A DNA stretch of 60,017 nt, filler included, from Sphacelaria rigidula (GCA_964200075.2; 9 parts of 9 records of this genome joined end to end with filler, not necessarily neighbours in it); one strand, 5' to 3'; shown: positions 12,735-25,764, numbered from the whole stretch's first letter. Translations and numbers: made by a program. The notes: a model not told the origin generated them from the sequence alone.

Positions 12735-13047
12735 CAGCGGCGGTTTATATTTCGCCACGTGTGGCGGCATTGTATATTTTGCCGCCGTCTGTGTGTGCTT
12801 TCAACATCTACATGACAACGGTGTGTGGATTGCACCCGGGGGTCTGCAGACAGCAACAGTTGATGTGATTTCACCAGCGTACCCCCTCCCCTCCACGCGC
12901 ACAGCAGCGGTTTATATTTCGCCACGTGTGGCGGAATTGTATATTTTGCGGCCGTCTGTATGTGCTTTCAACATCTACATGACAACGGTTTGTGGATTGC
13001 ACCCGGGGATCTGCAGACAGCAACAGTTGATGTGATTTCACCAGCGC
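12735..13047 (+). repeat. two tandem copies of a ~145-bp unit
   Basis: cagc.gcggtttatatttcgccacgtgtggcgg...gttgatgtgatttcaccagcg at ~12735 and ~12902. Confidence 0.9.
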
Positions 13048-13068
13048 ATCCCCCCCCCCCCCTCCCCG

Positions 13069-13260
13069 CCTGGTCCGGCGAGAACCCCGCGTGCTCCGTC
13101 TCGGCTTTGTAGGGCACCCCCGATGGGGTTGGCGTCGCTTGGCGATGACGCTATAAAACACGCCACTCACTACGGAAGCTAGGCAACCAGGTTACCGTTT
13201 TTTTTGGCGCGCTTGTGTTTTTTTTGCGGTAACCATGATGGTAGTCGAGCTAGATCATGT
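13069..13260 (+). repeat. dispersed modular repeat family A
   Basis: colinear with 6296-6490. Confidence 0.85.
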
Positions 13261-13360
13261 NNNNNNNNNNNNNNNNNNNNNNNNNNNNNNNNNNNNNNNN
13301 NNNNTTAATTAATTAANNNNNNNNNNNNNNNNNNNNNNNNNNNNNNNNNNNNNNNNNNNN
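13261..13360. other. artificial contig spacer
   Basis: N44-TTAATTAATTAA-N44. Confidence 0.98.
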
Positions 13361-13589
13361 TGACCATTGACCACGCATCCCTTTCGAGACGGAGCAGGGG
13401 GCGGGGGGGGGGGGCTAAGCAATAGTTGTTTTTGCTCGAAAAAAAAGGCCGTTGCCCCGAATATGCCGTGCGTCATAATTATTATTTCATGAGCCACAAT
13501 CAACAGGGCTTTGTTGTCTGAGGGCGACAGAAGAAGTACCCCGTCAACAGTAGGACGGCGTAGTGTATTCGGTAGTGGCAAGGTCGGGG

Positions 13590-14395
13590 TGGGGGAGGGT
13601 ATACTCATGATCTTGTATGCCGTGCTCATATGACGATGACCTCGTATCTCGGGACGGAGCACGCCGGGCTTCCGCCGGACCAGGCCCGCAATCAATCACC
13701 AAGCAAGGAGCGTCGTCGTGTGTTCAGCGAGTCGCGTGGTGAGCTGCATCCTGCTATGATCGGTCCCAAGCGTACTGATCATCTTGCATATGGATGACAG
13801 CCTACAAAGAGTTTCTTCGTTTTCTGGCATCACCACTTCCAGAGACAGCCACGGGTTACACACTACCTCATGGATGGCTCGCCGAGGGGCGGGGGTTGTA
13901 CTCGTGATCTTGCTTGCCATAGTTATATGACTATAGACCTCGCATCCCTATAAAGTTGGGACGGAGCACGCCGAGTTTTCGCCGGACCACGCTTGCAATC
14001 CATCACCAAGCGCAAAGCGCCGTGATGTGTTCGGCAAGTGGCACGGAGGGTGACCTGCATCTTGCTAAGATTGTTCGGCTCGCAGCGAACTGATAATCTT
14101 GCATTTAGGTGACAGCCTACAATGAGTTGCTTGATTTTCTGGTATCGTAACTTCCAGAGACAGCCACGGGTTACACACTGCCTCATGGGTGTCTCATTAT
14201 TTAAACACTACGTAGTATGATCATACCCCTTGCGCGGAGTTGAGGTTCTCCCACCCCACACAAAATGTTCTAGCTCAAGCACCATGACGGTTACAGCAAA
14301 AACAAAAACGGTAACCCGGTTGCCGCGCTTTCGCTTACAAAGTGAATGGCGTGTTTTACAGCGTCGTTGCCAACCGACGCCAACCCTACGGGGGA
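13590..14395 (-). repeat. family A, two tandem ~300-bp modules plus extension
   Basis: gggacggagcacgccg...gacagcctaca...cttccagagacagccacgggttacacact.cctcatgg occurs twice; also at 33401-33500. Confidence 0.85.
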
Positions 14396-15232
14396 GGGGG
14401 TGCTGCAGGCGGCGCATGCAGGTGTCGTCGCGTGGTGTTTTGATCCTCCCCACCCCCCACAGTACATTAGACAGGAGCGAGAAAACGATCGCTACACTAG
14501 GAGACAGATACAGGATGGCCAAACATGGCATGGCAAAAAGGGGGTAAGAGAAGTAAAACATTATTGTGTACTGCATGCAAAACAAAACAAAAATGAGCGC
14601 ATAGATGTTGGAGGTAGGTGTCTCGATCCCAAACGGGAACGATACTCCGTCCCGATAGGATGTGTGGTCAATTGTCGAATGATCAAGGCAACCAGCATAC
14701 GAGTGCACCCGCTCCCCCCACAAGCAACCGAGAGGGACGAGTACGAGCTGTTATACAGGAGAGCAACGGGCATAGAACCGCAGCGGTGATGCCATGTCTC
14801 TATGACGACACCTCTACTGCCAGTAACTGCGCCGCGATAGCATTTGGATCTCCGTCGCTGAATGCCCCGACAGCAACTGTGGTTGGTAGCAATGATATGG
14901 CGTGGATAACCATTTCCCCAACACTAGAAGGCCCAATAGCACTCACGACTGCATCATACACGGAGGGCGAAAAACGTGAACCCGCCTCGCTCCACCAAAA
15001 CAAGATATAGCTGCTGCTCGCCTGTAGATCCCTCTGTTGTTCGTCATACTCCAATGAAAGCCCTCGCCCTACCTCGGGACGAGTCTGTGGTCTCAAGGAG
15101 ACCAACCAACCCATCTCTCTCGCAGCACAGTATACACCCTACATCTTGGAGCATGACCAGCACACCCGCACTGCGTCGACTCCCGAAAAGGAAAAGAAAT
15201 CAGTCGAAAAAACTATTTTCGCTAGTCGCGTA

Positions 15233-15788
15233 TGGTAGTGGGCGGTCTAACTATTAATTTTGAGGCATTTTGTGATTTTTTCGTAATTGGCGATTTTTCC
15301 GGGCTTTTTCCGCTTGCCACCGCTCATCACATAGGGAATCTGAAAATATTTGTATCCGCTCTACATTCGAAGAGAGAGAAATAATATGTACTCAATATTG
15401 AGTGACTTACGGGCTGACCGGTCATCGGGGTTTCCTGCCACGTTTTAGCCCAGATTCTTACTCTCCTGTATTTCGGTCGATCGAGCCTGTCCTGACCATA
15501 TTCGTGAAGAAATGTACAGTTTTATTCATTTATTTAATTCTGCTTACCCGTTGCACTATGAAAGGGCTGGAAAACAGTGTTTCACGGTCAATAACACCCT
15601 CCTGATAAACGGGATATTTACTCGTTCCGCCCGATAACGCCAACTGACACTGACTTGGGCACTGTGTTTCGAGGATGACATATTTTTTTAACCAAAATTT
15701 ACCGACGCTAGTAATTCCTACCTCTATCGAAGAGTAGTACGCGAGGAATATCCAAAACACCCCTAAATAGTTAGACCGCCCACTACTG
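15233..15788. mobile_element. MITE with 21-bp TIRs
   Basis: gtagtgggcggtctaactatt (15235) / aatagttagaccgcccactac (15786); interior homologous to the reverse complement of ~24855-25291. Confidence 0.8.
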
Positions 15789-16527
15789 TTCGTTCTCACG
15801 TACGTCGTCACGCTTCCAACGACGGAGATGAGTTTCTTTGAAGAAAAACCCAAACTTATCTGACGGGGATCGAACCGGCATTTCCTTCACCCTGATGATG
15901 CCAGGTGTACCATAAACAACACCCCATCGGGGCGCGGCGACTGTTATACACAAAAAGTCCCGCTATTCTACATCACTTTCGCCAAGCACCAGTGCTCTTC
16001 TGTTGTCAAGCTACGCCTATGAAACCATCCTCCTATACCATCGCGGGACTGTCAGCAGATGTTATCCCGAAACACAATTTCACGGCGTTCAGAGATGGTC
16101 ACCAGGGGCGTGATAATGGTAGGGGACTGACACAAGTTCAGTAACGTACGACCACGATAAAGCGTCATTATCGGCCAAGTGTAAGAGTGATGCAACATCA
16201 CATTGGCGAATTGTGACTGCCTTGGAGCTCTGTTGTATCCGCTGCCACTCCCTTCAAGAAGAAAGCAAGTTTCGGTCTTGCATCTTCTTCCGAGCACGAT
16301 TGCCTTCATCTATTCGATCGACGGATCGATGCTTTCATTGTCGTCAATTAATCTGACCCGCTCGTATACGGAGATGGACAGGCATGTCTTATACGCGAAA
16401 GAGGGGAAGCACTCGCTGAGAAAGAAAAAAATAACTTGATTGAAGGCAACGAACGAATAAATGAAAAAAAAAATGAGGGAGCAGAAATGACAGGAAGCTG
16501 GGGTAATTATTTTTTTTTTAAATGAAA

Positions 16528-16537
16528 NNNNNNNNNN
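16528..16537. other. 10-N scaffold gap with duplicated flank
   Basis: aaatgagggagcagaaatgacaggaagctggggtaattattttttttaaatgaaa occurs on both sides of the gap. Confidence 0.85.
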
Positions 16538-17120
16538 TATTAAAAGACAAAAAAAAAAAAAACAAAAAAAAAAAAAAAAAAATAAATTAATAAAAAGAAA
16601 AAAAAAAATAAAAAAAAAAAAAAAATGAGGGAGCAGAAATGACAGGAAGCTGGGGTAATTATTTTTTTTTTAAATGAAAAAGCAAGGACAACAAAAAGTG
16701 AGAAAACGCTAGGCTTGCGGAACACCCATGGAACCCAGATAGATCTCTCTCTTCCAGAGGCTTGAAGCAAGGGCTTGTAACAAGAAGCACTGGTCAATTT
16801 TGAAAAAAAAAAGGGGGCCTGATCAAATGTGAAAACGGCATCAAAAGCGAACACACAAATATAGACACACACGTATGCTTCAAGTACATTTGCTTGTGCC
16901 CCGGGATACGGTTCCTTACTCATACTGAGCAAAAAACTGATTCAAGGAGACCTCCGTATACAACGTACAACACAAAAGAGAAACCTGCGCGCTATGATAG
17001 AAAAAATATCTTGGAAAGATGAACTGGTTCATCTTGATATAATAAAGGAAGAAAAAAAAAAACACAACCAGACCATTTATTTGATTTGATTTTTTATTCC
17101 TCACTTCTATCACCATCATC

Positions 17121-17163
<43 letters not shown>
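17121..17163. repeat. (AGT)n microsatellite
   Basis: agtagtagt run directly abutting the element TIR. Confidence 0.95.
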
Positions 17164-17164
<1 letters not shown>

Positions 17165-19368
17165 GCTACTTCTAGTGTATAAAAAAAACTCTCCATAAAA
17201 ACGCGTTTTCTTATAACTAACCAAAAACGCACTTTTTATGTGATTAGAAAACGCGATTTTCAATGAAAAAAGTCTATTTTTTCAATAACCCGAAGTTATC
17301 AAAAGATCAGCTCTTTCTGATTTACTTTTTGGGGCTATCGAAAAACGTTTTTGAAAAAGCGCTTGGAATCCCGTTGCCCATCAACGCCGCAAGAACAGCA
17401 GCGATGCTGGCTCGGGTGCCATCACTACTGCTGCTCGTTGCTCGCGGCCAGCCATCGTATTGCTACCTCGTCTTCGCCCACCAGTAGCGTGACGGCTCTT
17501 CACCCCATGAGAACAGCAGAGGGCGGGGTCGATGACGAATACAGTCTACACGAGTATGCTTAGTTTGGCTGTGTGCCCGCAACATGCTGCCAACAGCAGT
17601 CGCAACGCAGCAAATATTAACTGTCCACGCACCCAATTCTGTTGGAGACACGATCGTGCTGTACACGCACGACCACGCAGTGCTGATACCGTAGTATTTC
17701 AGTCAATACATACAATGCAGCACGGTCTGTGCTGTCCGTACAGTCTGGTACCACGAGCATCGTTCAGCGAGCAGGTTTAATCGTCAGTTGTACAGTCAGT
17801 AGCTACAGCGAGGCGGTGCGCATATCAAGAGTGTTGCATCGTGCAGAGCACCATGTGCTGCTCAGTCAACATTGCAGTACAGACAGGGCAGTAAGGACCG
17901 TACACCACGACACAACAGCAGAGCGATGTCTCTTTCACGCGCCCCAGATTTGAAGAATTTCCCCTTACGTCTCGTAGAAGACGGCGCGCGCGAGAATTGC
18001 TTTTTCTGATTTTGATAACGTCCGCATGACATAAGAAGAGGTACTTCAAACAAAAACATCTGTTGAAAAACGGTTCATCAGAATCGTTCTTTTTTATAAT
18101 GGTTTTTAATATAGTTTTTTATTGTACATGAAAAGTAGTAGCCTACTTCTTGTGTATGGAAAACAGGATATCAGAAAAGCCCTTTTTCAACAGCACGTTT
18201 TTTTAACAGAATTACCTTTTTACGTGATGGACGCACTATCAACATTGAAAACGCAGTGTTAAACGTTTTCTATTAGGTGTGTAGGCATGATTTCAAATTC
18301 TGGGGCGCGCGAGAAAGACGCAGCACTCTGCTGTCCTGTCGTGGTGTGCGGTCTGTACTGACTGTCTGTACTGCTATGATACATTACCTGAGCAGTACAT
18401 GGTGAGCTGCATGACGCAAGACCATCAGTAGGAAAACTGACTTGCTATACCAACTGACTGTAGAAGTGACGGTTGTGCTTTTTCACTGCACGGTAGTACT
18501 AGACTGAAAAAACAGGAGGGACAACAGTACACACAACAGTGCTGTACTGCATGCATAGGCTGAAGTGCTACAACAGTAGCACTATTAATAGTCTTGTGTG
18601 TGCATTCAGTATGGTCTGTATCTACAAGGCTTGGGTGCGTAGGCAGCCTGTACTGCAGAGCGACGTCTGTTTGCAACACGCTGCATGCACAGACCTCAAC
18701 TGAACTTCAAGTTCGCTGCACTTTAGTACTCGGCTGTACGGGCAGCACAGACAACAGTACAGACACCACTGTTGTGTTGAATGCGTTGGATATGCTACAG
18801 TAGTAGTACTACCTGTCTCATAGTCTCTTGTGTACTATCAGTCCGGTCCTGCCTCTACAAGGCTTGGGTGCGTGAGCAGTCTGTAAAGCACTGCGACAGC
18901 TGTTCGCAACACGCTGCGTGCACAGACATGAACTGGGCTACAGAATTGTACGGACAACATACACCATTGACTGTCCTGTCTGTACAGCAGTCGTCATCGA
19001 CCCTGCTCGCTGCTGTTCTCATGGGATAAAGGGTCACCACCCTACTGCCGAGCGAAGGACAATGGTGCAACACGCTGAATGCCCGCGAGCACCAGCGACA
19101 GCATTCGTAGTGATGGCAGCCAAGTCATCACAGGTGCTGTCGTGGGCTGTAACGTGCGTTCAAACGTGTTCAAACGAGGGTCAAACGCTTTTTCGATCAC
19201 ATTTTTCGATAGCCCGAGGTTATCGGAAAACCCTGATTTTCTGATAACTTTGAGCTATCGGAAAATGTTTTCAGAAAAAATCTGATCATCACATAATAAG
19301 TGGGGTTTTGGTCCTTTATCAGAAAACGCGTTGTCTGATAGAGGTTTTTTCATACATAAGAAGTAGCC
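17164..19368. mobile_element. 2.2-kb foldback / non-autonomous PIF-Harbinger-like element
   Basis: TIR ggctacttct / agaagtagcc, flanks GTA and TTA; long imperfect inverted arms (17503-17540 vs 18991-19026; 17850-17955 vs 18290-18410). Confidence 0.75.
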
Positions 19369-19539
19369 TTAGGATGAAAAAAAAAGTCGAAGAACATAAT
19401 TTCTCCTACACCGGTTTACTGCACTTTACTCACACCACCTAAAAAAACAAGCTGGTCCAGAGAGACCTCTCAAGAGCCACAAAACCCAACACACAAAAGC
19501 ACGCACGCTCACACACAAAATTCTCGTTGTAAAACTCAC

Positions 19540-19700
19540 GTCCCCATTTCTCGTCCACCACCAAGAGCGGGTGGAAGTCGCAGCCAAGAGCAGCAAGGGC
19601 CTCGTGCAGGAGCGCCATGGACATGTCCATGTCCACCACAGCTCCAGACTTCTCCACCACGTGAACCATGCGAGGGTAGGTAAGGCGGAGCGGAACGCGC
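19540..19700 (-). CDS. probable internal exon (RVPLRLTYPRMVHVVEKSGAVVDMDMSMALLHEALAALGCDFHPLLVVDEKWG)
   Basis: ttgcag| acceptor, |gtgagt donor, GC3-rich codons; product not recognised. Confidence 0.65.
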
Positions 19701-19940
19701 CTGCAATCCATTCCAATGAAATCCAACGCAGCGCAATGTAATGGGGGGGTAGCGAAGCAAAATACGAGCACATAGACCGTCGCGCTGCTGTGATCTAACG
19801 GGCACAACTTATACCTTTTTTTCTTCTGTTTTTCCGTCTCTTTATTTTATTCTTTTTCTTATTCTTATTTTATTTAGGGGGGGGGGCGGGGCGGGGCGTA
19901 CTCATTTTTTTCTTTCCTTTTTCGTGTGTGCATAGATCGG

Positions 19941-20040
19941 NNNNNNNNNNNNNNNNNNNNNNNNNNNNNNNNNNNNNNNNNNNNTTAATTAATTAANNNN
20001 NNNNNNNNNNNNNNNNNNNNNNNNNNNNNNNNNNNNNNNN
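19941..20040. other. artificial contig spacer
   Basis: N44-TTAATTAATTAA-N44. Confidence 0.98.
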
Positions 20041-20606
20041 GTAATCCTGTCAGGCTCGAGGACAAGTAGTTGGACTGCCGGGAGGTGCTCTACAGTACAT
20101 TATTTATTCACACGAATCTGTGCCAGTGCTGCTTGGAGGTGAGAATCTGTGCGCCCTAGATGATGAGGGCAGTCGTGTTTTCGTCCCGTTCCGCAACTCC
20201 TGCAATCACCGCCATCGAGTGGTTTTCAGAGGTGTCCGATTTTTCACCGAGCGAACGGAATACCATTCAAACCCGCTACAAAGTTTGACGGGTCGATTTA
20301 CTGGAAGACCCCAACCCGTGGGGACAATTTTGTGGTGATGAGTTCACGGAGATACCCACGTGAACCGCGATACTCTTGTGCGCGGCAACTCGACCGTAGG
20401 CGCGATGCTAAGGCCACTTCTCATGTACAGAAAAACATGAAGAAAGGCGATTGTTGGTGAGCGACGATGCAATAGTTCACCCATGTGGTGGGGAAACGCG
20501 TTACTCGTAAGATTTTTCTAAGCACCCAAGCATTGTAGAGACTGGACCGTACTGTACACACGGGATCACCCGTCCTGTTACTACTGTAGTGCTACAGGGA
20601 GTACAT

Positions 20607-22034
20607 CAGGGTTGCATATCCGACCGAGAATAGAGCTCGATAGATATTCTCGAGAAGATCGAATCACAACGGCGGATACCGATATTTTTGTCGTTGTTCC
20701 GAAAATGACACGATACGTATCGAGTATCGATATTCGATACGATCCGGCTGTTCTGGTATGGCCGCAGTCTACAAGACCGAGCAGTACACTGGCACACTGA
20801 CAGCCTCACTCACTAGTGTAGGTCGCTTGAGATACCACATCCCCGCGACAGATTTTCAAAGCTCACTTACTCCTCATCAGAAGCGATGCCAGGGCTCAAA
20901 TGGGCGGCGTTGCAATCATCTAGTCGAGAAAAAGTAATCGAGCTTTGAAAATCGCTCCTGAGGGTGTGATATCTCGAGCAACCTACGGTAGTTTCCAGTA
21001 GACAGCACTGGACACATGATGTACAGCAGCGGGTATTGTGCAAGTTGACATCATGGCGGCGGCATGCGGTGATACAGCTGACTTGCGAATATGTTCCGTC
21101 GTGCAAGAGGTAGTTGATCACAGCGGGCCGGGTGTGGTATTGATGATCCTGTTTTCATGTCTACGGTCACATTCCGTGTGTTTCCATCGAATGAGCGCAT
21201 GCCTCGACTCAGCACATTCATCAAAAAAAAAAGAGGTGTCGAATCTCGAACATGCACAAAGTTGAATGCGAGCTCTTTTTTTCAACGTTCTTCACTACCA
21301 ATGTCAGGAAACTTCGGCAAAATGCGTCACGTTTTCATTTTTGGATGCCAAAAATATATATTTGTCATGTCACCAACCTGAAGGAAAAAAATACTAAGCT
21401 TGTAACAACTAGAATGTCCAGACTAATGAATGGATGGAGGGGAAAATAAATCCAACATTCGTCAAACATGAAGGACAGGCGAAGCGACAGTACCATCTCC
21501 TTCGGATAGCTGTTTCCTACTGTTATCTGCAGCTCTGCATTGATCGTGACCTCATATCTACTCCGCCACGCCACCCGTATGTTGCCGTTGGTGAACACCC
21601 CCGCTGAATCATATCACTAAACCCTAAACCCACGAGGCATCAGCGGTGTGTGGTGTGTGAAGGGGACCTTGTGGAGTGAGGGATGGGGGGGGGACAGGGT
21701 TGCATTTCAACTGGGGGTCTGCCGTGCGAGAAATTCCACCCCTCCGCGTGCTCCGTCTTGAAAGGGATGCGTGGTCAATGGTCAAACGACTAAGGCAAGC
21801 AACAAATGAGTACGCCCCCCCCCCTCCTGCGTGTACTGCGACGACGGTTTCGAGGAATTGAGTTAATGTGACGAAAAATAAACAAAAATATCGAGCGTAT
21901 CGATATTCAATATTGGTATTCGATATTGATACACATCACCTACATATCGGTTTTTTACGCTCCAATACCGATATGGCACATCGCCGATATTTACCGAGAT
22001 CGTATCGATTATCGATATGCGACGTGCAACCCTG
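20607..22034. mobile_element. non-autonomous hAT element (1428 bp)
   Basis: TIR cagggttgca / tgcaaccctg; perfect 8-bp TSD GAGTACAT (20599-20606, 22035-22042); ATCGAT/CGATA-rich subterminal repeats at both ends. Confidence 0.9.
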
Positions 22035-22334
22035 GAGTACATGCAATACGGCACTGTCTGTACTGTTGTCCGTATATGGTATACAGCACTGCTGTCTGCA
22101 CTAGTGTCAGTATCCATCGACTGCGCACAAACTAGCCATTTTGTTTTGTTCGTGTGATGCTAACTCCTGGCACTTTGCTAGTCTGCCGCTGCTCGTTTAT
22201 TCTCTGGTTTCAATTTCTTCATTGACGATGTGTTCATTCTCGACTGTGACGAAGTACTAATCTCACCTGACTGTGACCTCAATGCTCTACTCGAATTTCG
22301 GGTAGAGTTGGATATACTGTCTGTACTCTCTTGC

Positions 22335-22470
22335 AACCTTCTGACGGTTCGGTCGTGGATTCGAGTCTCGGTGACGTCACACGGCCTGGGATTTTCCTCA
22401 CATCATGCTCAACACTGGAGATCCAAAATGTCGTGTGTACACAAGATTCCACTTCACGGTTGACAAGAAG
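22335..22470 (+). mobile_element. SINE-like family C, 5' fragment
   Basis: ggattcgagtc B-box-like, then ctgggattttcctcacatcatgctcaacactgg...cttcacggttgac. Confidence 0.6.
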
Positions 22471-23457
22471 AAGAGTGAATTCAACACTCTCGGCCCAAAT
22501 ATTGAGTAGTTCGGGTATGGCATAAGTTACTTACACAAAAATTGAGAGTTAACCTCGGCAATACCCGGGAATGATCTCGACACTCTACCCAAATTTTGTT
22601 TCGAGTTGGGTATAATTCGAATACCCTGCTCTCTTGTTGAGTACTCGCGCGATTCGCACTTTTCGTTTCCGCGACGAAACAAAATCAAAACGGAAAAGGC
22701 ATCCGCTTCCTCTCGCCCACGGATCGCTTCCTTTTTGCACCCAGCGATTGCACACACCCATGCACCATCGATCGTGTACAGCATGCTGCCGACTGCAGAA
22801 TCTTGCCAGCTTTATGCGCGCATATGATTCGCATGAATTATGAGTTTTTGCTTTTCGGTCTTCCACACTAAAATCATGTGATTGTAACGCCCCGGCGGGG
22901 TTTCCGCTTCAAAATGACCCCTTTTGAACGAGACGCGTGAGTGTGTTGGAGAAAAACGAATAAAGCGCAAGAGCCTAGGTGCACCAGCGTCACGCGAAAC
23001 ATTGCACGCACAAGACATTAGCTCCGTAAGCCCGTTGGAAAAAAAAAACTCCGCTTTTCTTGAAAAACAGCTTTCCCCCCTGCTTTATGCCCCATTTCGA
23101 GTTTTTTTCAGAGAAAACATGCGTAAATTATGCGACCCCTTCGCGTCCCTGTTGTCGCGTTGTGGCAGTATCTCCTCACGAGGCGCGCCTTTTAGCATGA
23201 GGAGAAGACGACAATTTGGGTATTCGAAGTTTCAACAATTGTTTTTCATTGAAAAATGGGACTTTTCTCCGATCATGAAGTTTGAACGCCACCCCGAACC
23301 ACCTATCGAAACAACTTGTCCGCACTACGTACACCCATGATACATTATGCAGCAGTGGGTCACTGCAGCCTCTGGACACAGGGTATTGTAGCCTTTGGTC
23401 TCTCGCCCGGAGCTTCAAGCTACGAGCTATCGTCCCCACTCTCCCCATCATCTACCA

Positions 23458-23850
23458 TCAGTCGACATTTGAAATCGTGCCAAACTTCCGGCTCCGATTG
23501 TACTTGAGCATAACCGCGGCTTCCATCCGGTCACCCAACGCTCTCTCCTGGCGGAAGTCCAAACACTGCCTCAAAATGGAAAACACTCGCTCCATAAACG
23601 CGGACGATGGCTGAATAAGTGCGATATCCATCGCCACGGGACACCAAGTGGGAAGCCTTGTTTTGTTATCGTCCCAAACTGTAATTTGAGTGCGCGCCCG
23701 AGGCCGCGACCAACAAGTCATCCTTCTCGGACAAAAGGCCCGCCAAGACCTCGGGGGTCACGAGAGGGGAAACAGCAAGCTGGCGGACCTCCTCCACGGT
23801 GTAGCCTGTACGCTGCTTAATATACACGAAGTCGACGAGCTAACGCTGCA
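23458..23850 (-). pseudogene. hAT transposase C-terminal dimerisation domain remnant
   Basis: WDDNKTRLPTWCPVAMDIALIQPSSAFMERVFSILRQCLDFRQERALGDRMEAAVMLKYN matches the hAT dimerisation pattern W...LP.W...A......SSA..ERVFS; frameshifted upstream. Confidence 0.8.
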
Positions 23851-24854
23851 GGTTGTACGCTGTACAATGGGCTCCATGGCACAAGTATTTTAGAATATAT
23901 TAATTACATCTTTCAATTCAATGTAGTACCATAGATATGAAACACAAAGAGAAACGTTTTCGGATCAGACCCGCAACCATGGCAGTTTGGAGTATTGAAT
24001 ATTGAAGCCTGTCTGGTGACGAGTGATGATTCACGTCATAGGCCGCAGGGAGCACTCTCAGGCAGCTGATACACTGGCTGCAGGAGGCGCATGGAAAACT
24101 ATCGCAATTCTATGCGCTTTTCGAGCACATTATAAGCTCTTCAAACATTTCAAGCTCTCTCTTAGCTAAGCTTTCCGAAAAAAAACACTGTTCAAGCCCG
24201 AGAACCCCAATCTAAGCTCAACCTTAAGCGCGCTTACGGAGCTAATGCCTAGCACGCACGGCCCGATTCGACGAATCTTGAGCTGAAATTTCACGAAGAC
24301 CTTATGCACCCAAGGAAATGATACGTCCCGTGGCCAGCTGCAGATTTTCATATTTTTGCTGAAATTTCAAATCCCCATATCTTCCTGTTTTTCTTCCTCT
24401 CTTTTTTTCCTGCTCACGTGATGTTCTGCATGTTGATCATAAGAAGCTGCTGTCAAAATTTCAGCGTCCAACTCCTGATATCGCGCCGTGCGTCGCCTAA
24501 GCGAGAAAACCACCCACTGTTGTTGGCTGGCCCAGCTCGTACCTACCCCGTATCCTGTGAAGGAGTAGAGGTGCTCAAAAATCAAGAAAGTTGGTACGTA
24601 CAGTCGTAGCCAGAAGCAGACTTGCAAATACCTGATTAACGTGTTGAGAGTATGTTCACGGCCTTGGAGCAAGGATGAATCCAGCGTACTTTATTTTATT
24701 CTCCTAGTTGAAGATCACCTTCGACACGTTCAGAATTGGGAACAAAAGAAGGGGAGAAAGGTCGGCGGTAGGGAGCGCATCCGTCCTATGACGTGAATTT
24801 CATGTGGCTTGTACAAAATACTCGGCTGAGGTGTGGCTAACTAAGTGAGCTTCT

Positions 24855-25291
24855 TCGATAGAACTCGAAATTGTCAGCGTCGGTGGATTTTGGTACAGTA
24901 AACAGATCATCCTCAAAATACAGTGCCAAAGTCAGTGTCGGTTGTTGTTATCGGGCCATACAAGTGAACAGCTCGTTCATCAGGAGGGTGTTTTTGACCG
25001 TGAAACAGAGTTTCTCGGCTCAGTGCGACACTACGTAACGAAAAGAAAAAACTTTACATTTCTCCACAAATATGATCGGGACACGCTCGATCGACCGAAG
25101 ATACCGGAGAGCGAGAATCTGGGCTGAAACGTGGCAGGACCCTCGATGATCGGTCAGCCCGTAAAGTCACTCAAATATTGCGTACGAGTAGAGATGATTA
25201 TTTTTCTTGGAATGTGAAGCAAATGCAAATGTCATCAGATCCTCAATGTGATAGGCGGTGGCAAGCGAAAAAAGCCCAAGAAAATCGCCAC
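24855..25291 (-). repeat. inverted copy of the interior of MITE 15233-15788
   Basis: tcaggagggtgtttttgaccgtgaaacag and cggtcagcccgtaaagtcactcaa are reverse complements of segments in 15400-15605. Confidence 0.75.
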
Positions 25292-25294
25292 TTA

Positions 25295-25764
25295 GGCTAC
25301 TTCTCATGTATCGAAAGGTAAAAGTTATTGAGAAGTGCTTTTTTGGCCCTTCTCCGTCGTTTTTGGCCCCAAAAGAGGGCTAGGCGAATGTGGACACCTT
25401 GGAATGACTTGCTCTATTCGCTGAGACCGTTCCAGAGCACCTTTGCGTTTTTTGTAGGTCATAGATTCCTTCCTGGTCGAAAATGCATTTTCAATAACAA
25501 ACGATCGAGTTATCGAAAAACAGGGGGGAAACTGCCATTTCTCCGGCAACTCGACCGTTTGTTATTGAAAATACATTTTCGACCAGGAAGGAATCTATGA
25601 CCTACGGAAAACGCAAAGGTGCTCTGGAACGGTCTCAGCGAGTGGAGCAAGTCATTCCAAGGTGTCCACATCCGCCTAGCCCTCTTTTGGGGCCAAAAAC
25701 GACAGAGAAAGGCCAAAAAAGCACTTCTCAACAACTTCTACTTTTCGATACATCAGAAGTAGCC
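25295..25764. mobile_element. 470-bp near-perfect hairpin MITE, PIF/Harbinger (Tourist)-like
   Basis: TTA|ggctacttct...agaagtagcc|TTG; ~220-bp arms with few mismatches. Confidence 0.9.

Noticed and set aside
14560..15010. Minus-strand protein-like frame (ILFWWSEAGSRFSPSVYDAVVSAIGP...)
   Set aside because: Contains an in-frame TAG, splice boundaries are ambiguous and no domain was recognised
16462..16680. Tandem duplication with long poly-A
   Set aside because: Flanks a 10-N gap with low-quality A-rich sequence; most likely an assembly overlap artefact
24029..24798. 14-bp inverted repeat attcacgtcatagg / cctatgacgtgaat as element TIRs
   Set aside because: No TSD and no second copy in the window to confirm the ends
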